Shown: positions 38,914 through 52,126, counted from the stretch's first letter. The stretch is DNA of 64,000 bases from Paraphysomonas bandaiensis (GCA_965644295.1 CBFFRP010000294.1:1-64000); one strand, 5' to 3'. Program-made: numbers and translations. Notes: generated from the letters alone by a model not told the origin.

Positions 38914-40761
38914 CTAAATAGAAAATTTCGGCTGGTCCGCAATCGCAGCAACTGGGGAGCACGGAGGCGAGTCTTCCTCGGGTTCTCTTTTAGTTTTGAC
39001 TGGTGTGGAGTTCGAAGATGATGGGTGAGACTTTCGCCCCACTCGGCGAACCAAATCCACATATTCTGGCTCTATAGGGTGGCCAAATGCTTCCGTTACA
39101 GGTGCCTCAGTGTCCACCACAGCCGTCTTGGCCATGTATGCAGTAGTGGGTTTAAAGAGTCGACTCTCGACGTTACTATAGACCTTCGAGCGAATAAGTT
39201 TTGGCTTCCCTGTGTCAGGTACGGGTTGCGCAGGTGCATTAGCAGATCGAGGCCACGCGTTGTACGACGACGAAACAGTTGGACGACATAAGCGAGAATC
39301 ACTGCTAATCACCTTCTTAGGAGAGAGCGAAGTACGGGACTTTCCGTTGGGAGACTGCGGAACGTGTTCATTACGAGGGACAATAAAATATGATATGCAT
39401 ATAACAACCCAACATTTGAAAAGGTGTAACAAGATTCAACTTACATTGGGTGAATTCAATTCTTTCTTCTTCCAGGCTGATTCGCTGTATGCTCTTGTCG
39501 GACTATGGAGTTTCGATTCAATATTCTTAAACTTATAGTGGTGACTCTCAGGCACAGCGGGAGGGGGAAGATTGCTGTCCAATACGGACCCGCGGCGGAC
39601 ATTGGTGTTGTATTTCGGTTGCTGAGATGCGGTTGTCGACGCATCAGAAGTAACCGACATGCGAGGAGAGTATTTAGCCTTCTCACATGCAACTGTCGTC
39701 TCGTGCAATCGCGAAGCAATGTCACGATAGAGTGAATCCTTAGGTGGGGACGAGAGGGCTGCAGCCTCAACGTGCAGTGTTTTTTCTGCATCTGACTTCT
39801 TGAAAGTTGTTAAAAATCTGGGCGATCCGGGGCGGGAATCTTCGCCTACCGATTTCTCGCTCCCCATCCACTTGCTACTCTCAGCTGCCAGCGTCGTGCG
39901 ATGAAACCTCGCCTGTACGTGGTCATACGGGCTGCTCTCTCGTCTTGACACAACTGGAAGCTCTTTGTGAATCATCGACAGCTCACCAGGCAACATACTT
40001 GTTGAGAATCTGCGGTTGACAGGCGAAGTCTTTTCCGAACCCTCGTCAGGATTTGCCGGCTTAACCCATTTCCCATGAATAGCAGCAGCGGTAGGATTCA
40101 GTAGACGAGACTGCACAGAGTCCTTGTACGGATCATGCCATCGAGAGCGGTCTTCAGTAGCATTAGAGAAGTCAAGAGTACTCACACTACTGCGTCGAAC
40201 AGCTGTTGAAAAGACAGGCCCCGACTTCCGCCTCTCTACTTCATCAGCACTCCTGCAACTCAACCATCTGCCATTGGTCGTAGCTGCTGTGGGCGTGTGT
40301 AACTTAGACTGAACATCCTTATATTGGTGATTACCAATATACCCCTCTACATCATCATAGCTTCCTCCAATACCAGGCCATAACTTATTGCGAGGAAGTG
40401 TTCGAGGAGATGAGCTTCGTGATGTTCGAGGTGAACCACCAATAGAATTACGTGGTGATCCAGCTCTTGAACTACGAGGTGATAAACTACGAGGTGATAT
40501 TGTTCCCGTCCATTTACCATTCATTGTAGCAACAGTAGGTTGATGTAATCTTGATGGTACATCTTTATATGATCCACGTCGATTATGATTTCTTTCTACT
40601 GTATTTTCAGTATTATGATTTGTATTATTCATATGAGGATGATTAATCTCATAATTATTTGAATGATCCTCATTAATTCCATTTAATGATGGGATTTGAT
40701 GAATTCTATCAAGTTCACTGTCTAAACTCTCACCACTTATAAGTACAGGCCCTGTATTCAT
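38914..40761 (-). CDS. Low-complexity S/P/R-rich protein with 8 copies of a ~20-aa motif (2 exons)
   Basis: 441-aa frame spliced (GTAAGT..CCGCAG, ~39355-39444) to the 38914 frame; repeated Y-x-x-V-x-S-R-L-x-x-P-T-x-A-x4-W motif. Confidence 0.8.
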
Positions 40762-41248
40762 ATCTTTATCTTAACTACACTGTATTCATAATGATATAAT
40801 TGAGATAAGAAATCTTATATAATAATATCTATTAGAATTATCTCTTATTGATGTGATTGCATTGTATATATATATATATATATATGTATGGAATGATCTA
40901 TCGTACGATGATAGTTGCAGTAATCCTCATATACTATCCATTCATATGATATTATACTGTACTTCCAGGATGTTGAGGTATGAAGTGGAGGGAGATGGGA
41001 TGATATCTAAAAAAACATGTACGATACAGATACAACTGAGTGTCAAGATCATCTGGATGGAGGAGGTATGATTGGTCCTCAACTTGGAAACAGGTATCTT
41101 GTAGAGATCCAATTTATTTCAGTTTTTTATGTCCAACAGCTTCACTATGTATATACGACGTAGTTCTGTACAGAGGATGAGATGCACTGAAAATGGACGT
41201 TAGTTATGTCAATGTATGCATATATATATTAAGGTAAGAAGAAGTAAC

Positions 41249-41267
41249 TCCTGTGATTGGACTCATT
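41249..41267 (+). promoter_or_regulatory. Inverted CCAAT-box-containing motif upstream of the DnaJ gene
   Basis: TCCTGTGATTGGACTCATT, matching 17032-17049; followed by TCATTCACTCATT (initiator-like). Confidence 0.45.
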
Positions 41268-41378
41268 ATTCATTCACTCATTTGTCTTTCACTGCAATAT
41301 TGTAGCATATAGATATACATCTCTGTATATATACATACTGTCATCATTGTCTGTCTCCTCTAACCGTTAGATAGTAGT

Positions 41379-42233
41379 ATGACCTCAATCTCATATACTC
41401 TGAAAGGAATCATATTATTACTATACTGTTTACAAATATATACATCACTTGAATATTATTCAAATAATCATTCTGATCCCACTTCAACTTATAAAGAAGA
41501 TAATTATGAGAATATTTCTGTACGGAAATCAAATGCATTAATTCATGATTCCAACAAAATCAAAAGTGGTAAAAAAGCAGCCTTATCGGCACTTCGTGCT
41601 GTTTCTTCTGAAAATTGTGATTGGCGAACGAATCCTATTGCGCTTATGAAAGGAGAAGTGTGTGGTAGATACTATAAGATTCTTGGTATTGGCAATCGTC
41701 ACGAGGCAGATATTGGTGATATAAAAAGAAGCTATAGATTAAAGAGCAAATCTCTTCATCCCGATAAGAACCCAAGTGGGGAATTAGCCCAGGAAGCATT
41801 TACATATTTAAGAGAAGGATATGAATGTCTCACTGATGAAAATTGTAAGCGCCACTATGACTACAGCCTTACAATCATGGAACAGGATAACTTACGAAGA
41901 CGTAAAGAGCGTCTCGCCGTGGCCACCAAATGTGCTCGTGATATAGTGGAGAAGACACACTACTACACTACATTTGCAGCCTCGATGATTGACCAAGGTA
42001 TTAGGAATATATTCTGTGTGCTAAATAACTGATTGTGCTCCTATTCCGCAGCTGCTGGTTCTGTATGGGATAGACTTGGCACGATTCGTGTATTCGACGT
42101 CCAGCTTGGCCGAGTAGCGGGATTAGTATACGCCGCCCTTTACCGCAAAGGAGCTCTCATTGCAGTTGCGCTGGCTAAGCTAGTGTTACTGTTCAACCAA
42201 GCTGTAATGCAAAGTGTTGATCGCGTAGAGTAA
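41379..42233 (+). CDS. DnaJ-domain protein with N-terminal signal/anchor (2 exons)
   Basis: YYKILGI..DIKRSYR..SLHPDKN..AF..LREGYECL.D..KRHYD (J domain with HPD); intron near 41998-42050. Confidence 0.88.
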
Positions 42234-42487
42234 TAGGCCACAAAGAATGGAAAGGAATTACTCCGTGGAGTAGACTTTCAAATATTTTATAGATAGTAGT
42301 AGTATTTATTATAGGTCAGTGTCTTTTATCGTCATTTTTATCAGTCAAATGATGTCGTATATAATAACTGAGACAAATATAAATATATTCGAAAAAGTTG
42401 AAGAGTAGTGAACTTTCTATGTTTCGGCATTTCACAGGCCAAAATATATTAGAGTGATTTTTTTATAAACTGTGGTATCAAAACTGT

Positions 42488-42656
42488 ACTTAGTAACACT
42501 TACTTCTATTCACACTTAGTAACAACTTAGTAACACTTACTTCTATTCGCACTTAGTAACAACTTAGTAACACTTACTTCTATTCACACTTAGTAACAAC
42601 TTAGTAACACTTACTTCTATTCACACTTAGTAAAAACTTAGTAACACTTACTTCTA
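42488..42656. repeat. 37-bp tandem repeat, ~4.5 copies
   Basis: Unit ACTTAGTAACACTTACTTCTATTCACACTTAGTAACA at 42488, 42525, 42562, 42599, 42636. Confidence 0.93.
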
Positions 42657-43628
42657 CATTAGTATACTTATGATAAACAGGTGTTGCTGAGAACAGATTT
42701 CACCAGGTGTTACATTGCTATGTTATATATATTCTAACGCAAGAACAATGCAAACACGACAGACGTAGTACTTCTATGTATTATTTCTGCTTACAGTATA
42801 CTAGGCAAAAGAATAATTGCCAACATTAAATATAAAATCAGGACTAAATTATTGTTAGATATTGATGGAGTTTTGAAACCCGCTGAACAATACTATCGCC
42901 ATTCAATATATTGTTGCCATGCCCTGGTCACAGTCGATTGGGTCTAGTAGGTGTGCATAGATTTACCACAAAGTTTTAAAATATTGGATTTACCAACATG
43001 GGTAAATTTGATTAATATCAACCACTCCCGATGGCTATAACACAACCCGTGATTGATAGCATTAGAAACATGAAAAGGTTTACTTTTTATATAAGTTACT
43101 GTACTTAATTTGTAATGTGTAAATGACGTTCAGCGGAGTTTTCAGTTGTGTAGATTATAATTTTGAAACTGTCATACTTCAACATACACTTCAACCGTAG
43201 CATTACTATACCATGTAAGCTGCTCAGTATATCGCTTTGAGTCTGTGCTGCGCTGCAGTTGTCATGACAGCATCATCAGGTTCACAACTCAATTTGTGGT
43301 TTCTTCCAGGCACATTTTGTCCACATGCTGCTGTCATCTACATGTACATCACTGCAGCCAATATCTAGATATCTTATACATATATATGTATGTATCCTCT
43401 AGATATCTCGATATCTAGATATTCAGGGCTGTATATTGAGGTTTCTAGACTATTATTGGGAAAAACAGAACGTAAATTTGTACTTCATGTCGTTTCCATG
43501 TATACGTTATGTATACCGCGGTATACCCTACACTGCAGTTGAACACATACACAGTTATATAAGCTACAGTTTCATTTAAGGACTTCGTGTGGTGCATATA
43601 TATATTCATATAATCCAAGTGTGAAGCC

Positions 43629-44400
43629 ATGATAGGTGGAGAATATGATGGTGAACTCAAAGATGGAGTTCGTGAAGGTCATGGTAAATTAACTTGGTCA
43701 AATGGTGATTACTATGAGGGAGAATTCAAGAATGGTTTGCGTCATGGAATGGGAGTGTTTTGTGAGCCGAATGGACGAAGATATGAAGGAAAATGGGCAC
43801 TAAGTATGAGAGAAGGAGAAGGAAGAGAGACTTGGCAAAATGGAGATGAATATAGAGGTAGTTTATGGAAGTTAAGGTGATCTTACTGATTATCTATTGC
43901 AGGCAACTACTCCAGAGATAAATTCGAAGGTCATGGTGAGCTAACTACTAAAAGCACAGTGTATAAAGGGCAATTTCATGACAACTTTAAAAGTGGACTT
44001 GGGACAATGACGTTTAAACATGGATGTAGATATGAAGGCCTATGGTCGAAGGGAAGGTTTCATGGTAAAGGGGTATATTTCTGGGCTGACGGGAGGAGAT
44101 ATGACGGGCAGTGGGAAGATGGCATGAGAACTGGTAGATATTTATTTGTTTTATATTGTTGTGCGGTGTATATATACATAGAATTGATCTTGACATGTGC
44201 CATGTATAGGCCCAGGTATAATGTATTTTCCGAATGGTGAAAGATATGATGGCACATGGTTGCGAAATAAAATGCATGGACCAGGATGGTGGAGATTTAC
44301 TAATGGTAAAGTTCGTTCTGGTGAGTGGCGGAATGATGAGCATGTCCGTTGGACGGGACCAGAGCAATTTGAGACACAGATGATGAAGCGAAAAAAATAG
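43629..44400 (+). CDS. MORN-repeat protein (3 exons)
   Basis: Consecutive YxGxW/FxxGxxHGxG repeats; two GT-AG introns. Confidence 0.92.
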
Positions 44401-46294
44401 TAGATTTGTTTATCGTTATAGTAGATCCTGTGGTAAAAGTGTTTGTCGTTTAATGTGTATAGTTTTATTAATGGATATTTGGCTCATGGCGTCATGAATA
44501 CATTCCGAATATGATTTCTTCGCGCTAGTATATGGAAGAAAGGCAATAGCTACATAGCGCAGACAGGATAGCCCAGACTGAGCAAAATTCAAGTGGTAGT
44601 ACTGCACGCTAGAAACTTCACGATGCCCAATGAAAATTTCAATAAATATCTTATCAAATTTGTGTGCTCTAAAATAGAATAGCATATTTCATTTTGGTGA
44701 AGCTCAAACACTCAGTATGAAATACTAGTTTCTGGTTTCTGCATTGTATACTGTGACCACATATCAGCAACAACATCAGTACATATAATTGCAACTTGTA
44801 TACTGTCAGTAGAAGAAGCCACACCGAACATATTGCATGAATGAAGGAATACAATTGTATGGAACGTGCTGCTGTATAATAAACATTGTACAAGTAGGCT
44901 CTACCAAGGCTAGGAAAGAAAAAGACTTTTATCTGACTTACTAACAGGCAACAAATGCCATAATAAGTCGTCTACAAATGGTACATTGCTCTCAGAGCCT
45001 AAAGTTATTATTTATATTTGGTCAGAGCTTGTTAGAGCACTGTACTAAAGCCAGAAACTTAAATGCCGTTGAAATCTACCGTAATATCTATAGTATATCA
45101 CTTATCTACATGTTATCGTAGAACGGATATAATACAGCAATCATTTTATGTTTATACTAGATAGGTGTCAACCAAGTTCTGATACTACTTGTTCAATAAA
45201 ATAGTGGACTTTACATGATTGCAAAGGTAGCACCAGACATCCCTGCTCATATTACCACTTCTCGTCCACAAATATATATGTCCCACCAAATTTTCGTTGT
45301 ATTAATTATGATAGCCGGTCTATTGAAGCTGCTATGAATCTTGCATGGTTTGGAACTCTAAAATGCATAAGCAGAGTATACTCAGGATACACACTGGCAG
45401 ATAGCTAATAATTTTGTTGACTCCTCATGTATGTAAGTAAATCTGCGTTAGATAGTCTTTATGTAGTGTTTGTCATTGCTCGAAATCATTGACTTCTAGC
45501 TGTGTATAATGTTCATACTGCTTCTATCCACTACAAACACCCATAAGATGACATCACTACTACTTGCAGCTACGAAACAGTTTAGATGCTTTCAAAGGAA
45601 GATTATGGTATATTCTTGCATTAGAAAGTGATTCTTCCTGCTTGACAGGCGTTGATTCTCCCATATATATATAATTCTCACCCTGTCCACTTGCTTACTG
45701 ATATCTACGCTGTATCCAACTTTTATAGCTATAAGGAGGTTTTGGTGAAGAACAAATTATTAAAATATTCCAAATTCCCAAAATTCAATCACAAAATCGT
45801 GAAATTCCCAACATGAAAATGGAAAAAGTAGGTTTATTTTCGGAAAGGATGGGAAATATTCTCCAAACATTGTTGATGGTGGTACTGTATACTGTACAGT
45901 ACGTACAGCAACAGTGTTGTACGGTGTCCAACAGTATGTCCAGATGTATGAAGGTGTTTCTACATCTGTAGAGCTGCTGTATGTACTGTATGTAACTACT
46001 ACATACGTGTGTGAGAGGTAGCGAGCGGCTATATATATAACAGAACACTGAGTGTGTTAAGTCATCCTCCATATATCCCTATATACACATCCTACTACCA
46101 TAAATCATATGGAATAACCTCTCAATACTTCACATATTATACAACTATATATATCATTATCATCTAATCGAATTACCATTATTCATATATAATAAACACA
46201 CTCTCCCCTTATTCCCTTCTTCACTCCTAGTCCACACAGTTCCTATATATAGATACATATATATAACATGCAATCATATTATATCCTATAAATT

Positions 46295-47659
46295 ATGTCA
46301 CTTCAAAATCCAACAAGTGTTTTTATATCTAGTTATGTGGGTTCCTGTATAGGGGGACTTGCTGGTGCTGTTGTATTAGCGAGTTATGTCCGATATCCTC
46401 ATTGGCGACGAACAGTATCTCGACAATTAATTGTAATACAAACTGTATGTGCGTGTTTGGACAGCTTGGGTGTTGTTGCTTTACCAGCACATGAAACATG
46501 GTCATGTCAGTTACAGGCTTTCGCGATTCAGTTTTTCGGCTGCTCCGGACTGTTATGGGCAGTCGTTATAAGTTTTGTCTTACTAAAATTAAGTGGCACA
46601 GCAAAGTCGATTTCTCAATACAAACCAGAACATCATTTTGGAAAATTTCATTTATTTGTGTGGTCTATATCTATTACCGCTGGATTCTCACCGTTCATAA
46701 CTGGTATTTTGTTCATCCGTCGCAGCTTTGATCTATTCATTGTGTTGCGTTTGCTTATGTGTTCAGGGGACTATGATAGGGTCAATGAAGGCTGGTGTTG
46801 GATATCTGATGCAAAGACATCGGGGAGCGTGGAGAGGATAGCACTGTACTATGGTCTGGCGTGGGTGATGTTTATATATATTCTACTCTCCTACTTGGTC
46901 GTGCGATACCGAGTAAGTATATATATGACTTGTTCTGCCTCAACTAATCAATGACAGATGTTGAAAATGACGAAGAGTGTTTCTGACATCCAGTCATCTC
47001 CGACTACCAAAGTTTGCGTATCTTCTGTAGAGACCAGTGGTAGTGAGAGGGCGTCAACGGACAAAGATCCATTTCCAATTCCATCTGAAGCATTTTCCCA
47101 ACAAACAACTAGACGAGAAACCCTTCGGAATATGGCCAATAAGCTCCTGTACTACCCAATAGTGTATATGGTAAGGTGTTGTACGACAATAATGTATTAT
47201 TGTATGACGAAGTATTATTATATTCTTATCATCACGACTGAGCTTCTTATTTTAGTTCTCGTTTCTGTTCATGACCATTGCTCGTGTGTGGCATTTTGCT
47301 CTACTGACACTTCTCCTCCAAATGAATTAATTGCTGTGGGGATTCTTTTATTGCGCATGCAGGTAATTTGCTCTCGAACTCTTTATTATGGATATCCTGG
47401 AATCTGTACTTTGTGAAATATAATGTGCTTATCCTTATTGTAGGGATTCTACAATCTACTACTATTGATGCAACAACGTAGCGTGCGAAATGACTGGTAT
47501 AAAGACATCAGGGCTTTATGTTTTTACACGAAGCACTGCTTTTGTATTCGTGTGAAAGTAGAGGTTTCTGCTTTGCCTAAGTGTAATCGACAGTTGGAAG
47601 AAGGAAAACCTGATGCGCCTGCCTCGAATAATTCCAATGCTATTGATGAGGAGATATAG
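46295..47659 (+). CDS. cAMP-receptor-like (Dicty_CAR/GCR1-type) 7TM GPCR (multi-exon)
   Basis: Hydrophobic helices with CQLQAFAIQFF..LLW, GWCWI, KLLYYPIVY and spliced MQ|GFYN. Confidence 0.8.
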
Positions 47660-48274
47660 TGCTGTAAGCTGTATTTTTAGAAATCGCTTTAGCGGAGTAC
47701 AGTACAGTGTCATCCTAAACGTAGCACTGAAGTGCGAATTTTTAGGGTTTGACACCAACCGACCCGTATTTATGATATTAATTGTATTGCAAGGGATGAT
47801 TGAGTTCTGTGCCATTAGTTTTGTGCTATGTCCAATTTATAATATGTTTGTTATCCTTTGATATTAGATATGTAGACATCAAGGTGTCAATAATACACCA
47901 TAACTGTTTTATATATATTAATAACTGTGTATAACTAATTATCGTCCAAGTCCAATTAAGTATATAGACCCTTTATAACTAATTATCATCTTAAATTGTT
48001 CCCTTCGTAATAGTCATATAGTCATGGAAAGTTGGTATCTAAGAAGCACTTCGTCATATTATCGGTAATAGTATTCATTTTGAATTGATTGGGCATCATA
48101 ATCATGACGAGTAGCGAATGTTTTCCCAGCGTATACGTGTATACCATATACCTTATAGAAGTATTTGTAGTTTTACATTACAACATACAATAGATATATA
48201 TATTGTCAACAATAAGTACTGTTCAAATATCTAAGGCTACTACACTCGTATATAGCTATGTTTTTATACATTAT

Positions 48275-48810
48275 ACTCCCTCAACAAAGTCGAACTCGCA
48301 ACTTTTCGTGGTGTTCTGGAGGATAAATACCGGTGAGATTCTCTCTGTGAATCTAACGTGAGCTGCAAACATAGACAGCACATATTATTCTGCTAGTGTG
48401 GGATAAGGAACACCAATAAGTGTCACTGCTTGTGTAGACGTCTTTGGGCCTTGACGAATAAACAGGCATCTGGGACAGGGCCCACCTGAAGGATAACCGG
48501 GGTATTGGGCTGACTGCTGAAGTCAAGCATCCGGGATGTTCACCTTAAGGGCTCAACAGATGTCAGGCATATCAACATTCTTATTGCTCTCGGCGTTTGC
48601 TTTGAGTGATATAGCAAAAGTGGTTGCACCTTAGTGCTTGCGGCGACGCACAAGCAGACTCCGTAGCGTTAAATAATAAGTAGTAGTATAATTGAGTTCG
48701 TACTAGTTCGTTACTAGTTACAGGTAGACGTCTCTCTAGCTTGACTAGTTTTCATCTATCTACTAAGCTGGTGCTGAATCTTAACGTCTAGTGCTAATAC
48801 TAAGACTTTC
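48275..48810. repeat. Unclassified dispersed repeat, uninterrupted copy (~535 bp)
   Basis: Colinear with 23268-23324 + 23717-23830 + 29352-29686; has a single CAATA (48414-48418) at the position where the copia inserted in the other copy. Confidence 0.85.
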
Positions 48811-49419
48811 AATATACATGTATACTGCATACTTATACTGGCTTATTCGTACTACTGCTATGGCTCTCCATCTACATAACACCAAAGAATGACTGCACTG
48901 CTGTCATATGTATAACAAGGACATAGAGTTCACTGTATTGGACAATACACTTGTTTGTATAAGGGATGAGTGCAGTGTGCTTATGCTACTCTAGTCACTT
49001 ATGTGTATAATGTAGTGTTATGGTTGAGATCTGGCACAATGGAGTTGTCATAGAAACTATAGACTGCTGCCAGGGCTGATGTCCACAATGAGGCCAGTCA
49101 TAAGCCCTAAAATCGGGGTTTTACTATATATTTCCATTCCAAAATACTGTACAGACAGGTGTAGTAAATTACATAGTTTTTATCTGTCTTTGGGAATATA
49201 TGCCTTTTTTTCATTATTTATAAAACAAAAACTGGATTTTCTTCACTAATCGACAAAAATCTGGATAGTATCCCGCCAATCATGTACTGCTGTATACGCA
49301 CATCAGCAGAGTGTTCCTCCTACATACATGCATCTCATAGCTATAGAAAACAGGCAGTGTACATCCATATAGCAGATATGTATATAGATACGAACCCTTG
49401 AACTATTACTATATCTATC

Positions 49420-50208
49420 ATGACTACACAACTACTTGTTGGATGGTTTTGTCCATGGGCTCAACGTGCATGGATAGTAGCTTCAATGTTACCAGATAGT
49501 CTCGTGGAAGTTATTAACGATAGCCGCAGTGTGGTATTAGATACTGATAACACTAATACTGACTCTAATACAGACGATAATACAGCCCGATATATGTTGA
49601 AAGGATCACTTCTTGGAAGTAATTCTGTTCCAGCTGTTATCCAATCAAACGCAGAGATGATATCAGGAGATAGTATATACATATGTAAGTGGTTATGGGA
49701 TACGTATTCTTCTAATAGGGATATGCTGGATACATGTGATACTAGTATATATGCTGCATATATGTGGAGTGAGAAGTTAACAACATTATTCTACGATGTT
49801 ATGATGGATCGAAAGAATTCAAATAGAAAGAATTCAGTAGATACATATCGTGAACTGATGATACAATGGGCTTCTTTTGGAAAGGAAATACAAGGACCAT
49901 ATTTCTATGGGAATACTTTATCACTTGTAGATATTAGTATCTTTCCATTTGCTTATCGAATGTTTATTCTTCGTTTATTCCATGTATACAATAGAGAATA
50001 TCTTACTTTAGATGATATTGATGAAATATGTCATAGTGATATGGTTAAAGTGGTAGCATGGTGTGAGAAATGCATGACAATACCAGCTTTTGTTTCCACC
50101 TTACCTCCTGATGCTACTCCTGACGGATTCTCAGCGCAGCTTGTTGATATATATAAGATATACTTTCAGGGTATAGGGCTGAAACCAGTAAACTATTCAC
50201 CATCGTGA
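49420..50208 (+). CDS. Omega-class-like glutathione S-transferase (intronless)
   Basis: FCPWAQRAWI active-site motif; VPAV..DSIYICKWL; GPYFYGNTLSLVDISIFPF. Confidence 0.85.
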   Translation: MTTQLLVGWFCPWAQRAWIVASMLPDSLVEVINDSRSVVLDTDNTNTDSNTDDNTARYMLKGSLLGSNSVPAVIQSNAEMISGDSIYICKWLWDTYSSNRDMLDTCDTSIYAAYMWSEKLTTLFYDVMMDRKNSNRKNSVDTYRELMIQWASFGKEIQGPYFYGNTLSLVDISIFPFAYRMFILRLFHVYNREYLTLDDIDEICHSDMVKVVAWCEKCMTIPAFVSTLPPDATPDGFSAQLVDIYKIYFQGIGLKPVNYSPS

Positions 50209-50884
50209 TAACGCGTACTCACTAAAGCTTGTATGGGCTTTTCACGACTCCAGTATTATTCATGTGAGTCTTGCCGAATCCCATGTTTCCCGAATAAACT
50301 AGCAGCAACGCATTGTAAAGAGTTGGAAACAGTGTTGATAAACTGTAAATTGCTTGATAATCATTATAATATGTAAAGTATTAGTTATTACCTCTTTCCG
50401 AGGGCGTATCACACAGTAGTGGTTGTGCGATGTGTCCATGATCACTAAACTCCCGGTGGATTCCTTGTAGGATTGCATGTGGCGCCAAGGAAGCCATAAT
50501 TACTACGTACTACATATATCTACAGAATACTGAGGGAGAGGAGGGCCAAGTCAATTCCATACCAACATAAAGAATTTTTTAGAGCTGCATGAGTAGTTAT
50601 AAGAATTTCCATTACTTCCACCATTTACACTTTCTGAATTAGTGTCACAAGTTGCATTTGTAACCAACTTTATCTATTCTAGTGGAGAATTATCACTATC
50701 ACTTAATTACGATGGATAGATTATTGTTTTCAGCTTTGAAGTCGTGAATACACATACATCATCGTTAATTATCCCTCCGCAGAGTTTTTCTTAATTAATT
50801 AAGTCCTAAATCGTCAAGCAGATGCGTCGTTAAAGAAAACTAGTAGAATACCTGACACTAACACTGTACATACTACATTGTATA

Positions 50885-51886
50885 TTATTCTGCTTCAGCA
50901 ATCTTCTTCCTCCAAGCTACGAAAGCTGCAATAGGTTTACCTCCTTTACTGAGTTTAATAGTGGGTCCAGCATCCTTGCAAAATACCATATACGAATCGT
51001 ATCCAAAGTCTCCTATTCCCCTAATTTTATTCTCACTTTTAGGATCTGGGTCCACGTCGAAAACATCTGCCTCAATAAAACGGGTAGTTAGAGCAGTTAA
51101 TGACTTTAGTCTATCGTCGAAGAGTCCTAAGGGATTGATAGCACCTCGTACCCGTGACCAATCTTCTTCCTCCAAGAAAGCAGTAGGTGTAGGATATAAA
51201 GAGAAGAATGCTGAGATGCATCTATGTTTGGTGTCAATGGAACTGACGCGCGACATCAAAATACAAGCCACAAGTAGTCTCCATACGTCAGCGGCATAAT
51301 ACTCCTGTAGAAAGTCAAGTGGCGACATAGGTGGTGGAGTGGAAAGACGAGACTGAACATAAGATTTCCAATGCCTACCGGTCTGGCTACTTGCACCAGC
51401 GGCAGCACCCCATCTACGAATAGCCTCACTTCGCCATTCATCTTGAGAAGCTGTGTCTTCGTCTTGAATTGCAAGCGGCAGCATAGCTAATCGCACCTCT
51501 TGCATATGACGCATTGCCGCCTCTCTTGCATCATTCATTAACTCCTCATAATTTACATCATCCTCATTTTCAACATTTAATTTACGTTTCTTTATAGTAT
51601 TATCCATCTCATCCCCTATACGGTCAATTATATCACCAGTATACTGTGGTTTCTCATTCTTCACACGAGCAGAACGACGTCGTAATTCAAGTGGTACAGG
51701 AGGTGGTCGAATTCTACCTTTATAAGATCTATTATTCTTTGAATTATCAATCGATAATGTCTCTTTAATAGAAAAGAGTCCAAGTTTTTCCATAAACTCT
51801 TGATTGCGTTGTATATGAGCTAAACGAATCTGTTCATATTCACTTAATTGTTCTGCTTTTGTATTATGAATATTTTCCATGTTCAT
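50885..51886 (-). CDS. MBD4: MBD4-like HhH-GPD DNA glycosylase without an MBD domain (intronless)
   Basis: PPMSPLDFLQEYY..WRLLVACILM..FFSLYPTP..INPLGL..RGIGDFGYDSYMVFC matches the MBD4 catalytic domain, including the catalytic Asp. First ATG at 51886. Confidence 0.85.
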   Translation of the reverse strand: MNMENIHNTKAEQLSEYEQIRLAHIQRNQEFMEKLGLFSIKETLSIDNSKNNRSYKGRIRPPPVPLELRRRSARVKNEKPQYTGDIIDRIGDEMDNTIKKRKLNVENEDDVNYEELMNDAREAAMRHMQEVRLAMLPLAIQDEDTASQDEWRSEAIRRWGAAAGASSQTGRHWKSYVQSRLSTPPPMSPLDFLQEYYAADVWRLLVACILMSRVSSIDTKHRCISAFFSLYPTPTAFLEEEDWSRVRGAINPLGLFDDRLKSLTALTTRFIEADVFDVDPDPKSENKIRGIGDFGYDSYMVFCKDAGPTIKLSKGGKPIAAFVAWRKKIAEAE

Positions 51887-51991
51887 ATTTATTATTCTTG
51901 TGAATTTGTTATTTAATGTGATCAATCTCTCTATTATTGTAATGCCTGCTTATATCTAAGTTAAGATATACATGCCTATCGGCAGACAGCT

Positions 51992-52126
51992 TCTTATTTT
52001 TCGGAAATATATTGAAGCAAATATAGTCTATATTAGTGCAATACACCTACGGCTGGAATACACATAATTGTTGTTTCAATATTAGAGGCACCTTTGAACA
52101 AAAATACACAAAGGATGCCGATACGC
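51992..52126 (+). repeat. ~135-bp dispersed element, copy 2
   Basis: Direct repeat with 52167-52301; inverse match to 16729-16865. Confidence 0.92.

Noticed and set aside
42488-42656. 37-bp repeat as a mini-CRISPR
   Set aside because: Units are head-to-tail with no unique spacers, and there are no cas genes.
44940-45600. Possible decayed gene (short frames such as PNFRCINYDSRSIEAAMNLAWF)
   Set aside because: Frequent stops and no motif I can identify with confidence; would need BLASTx.
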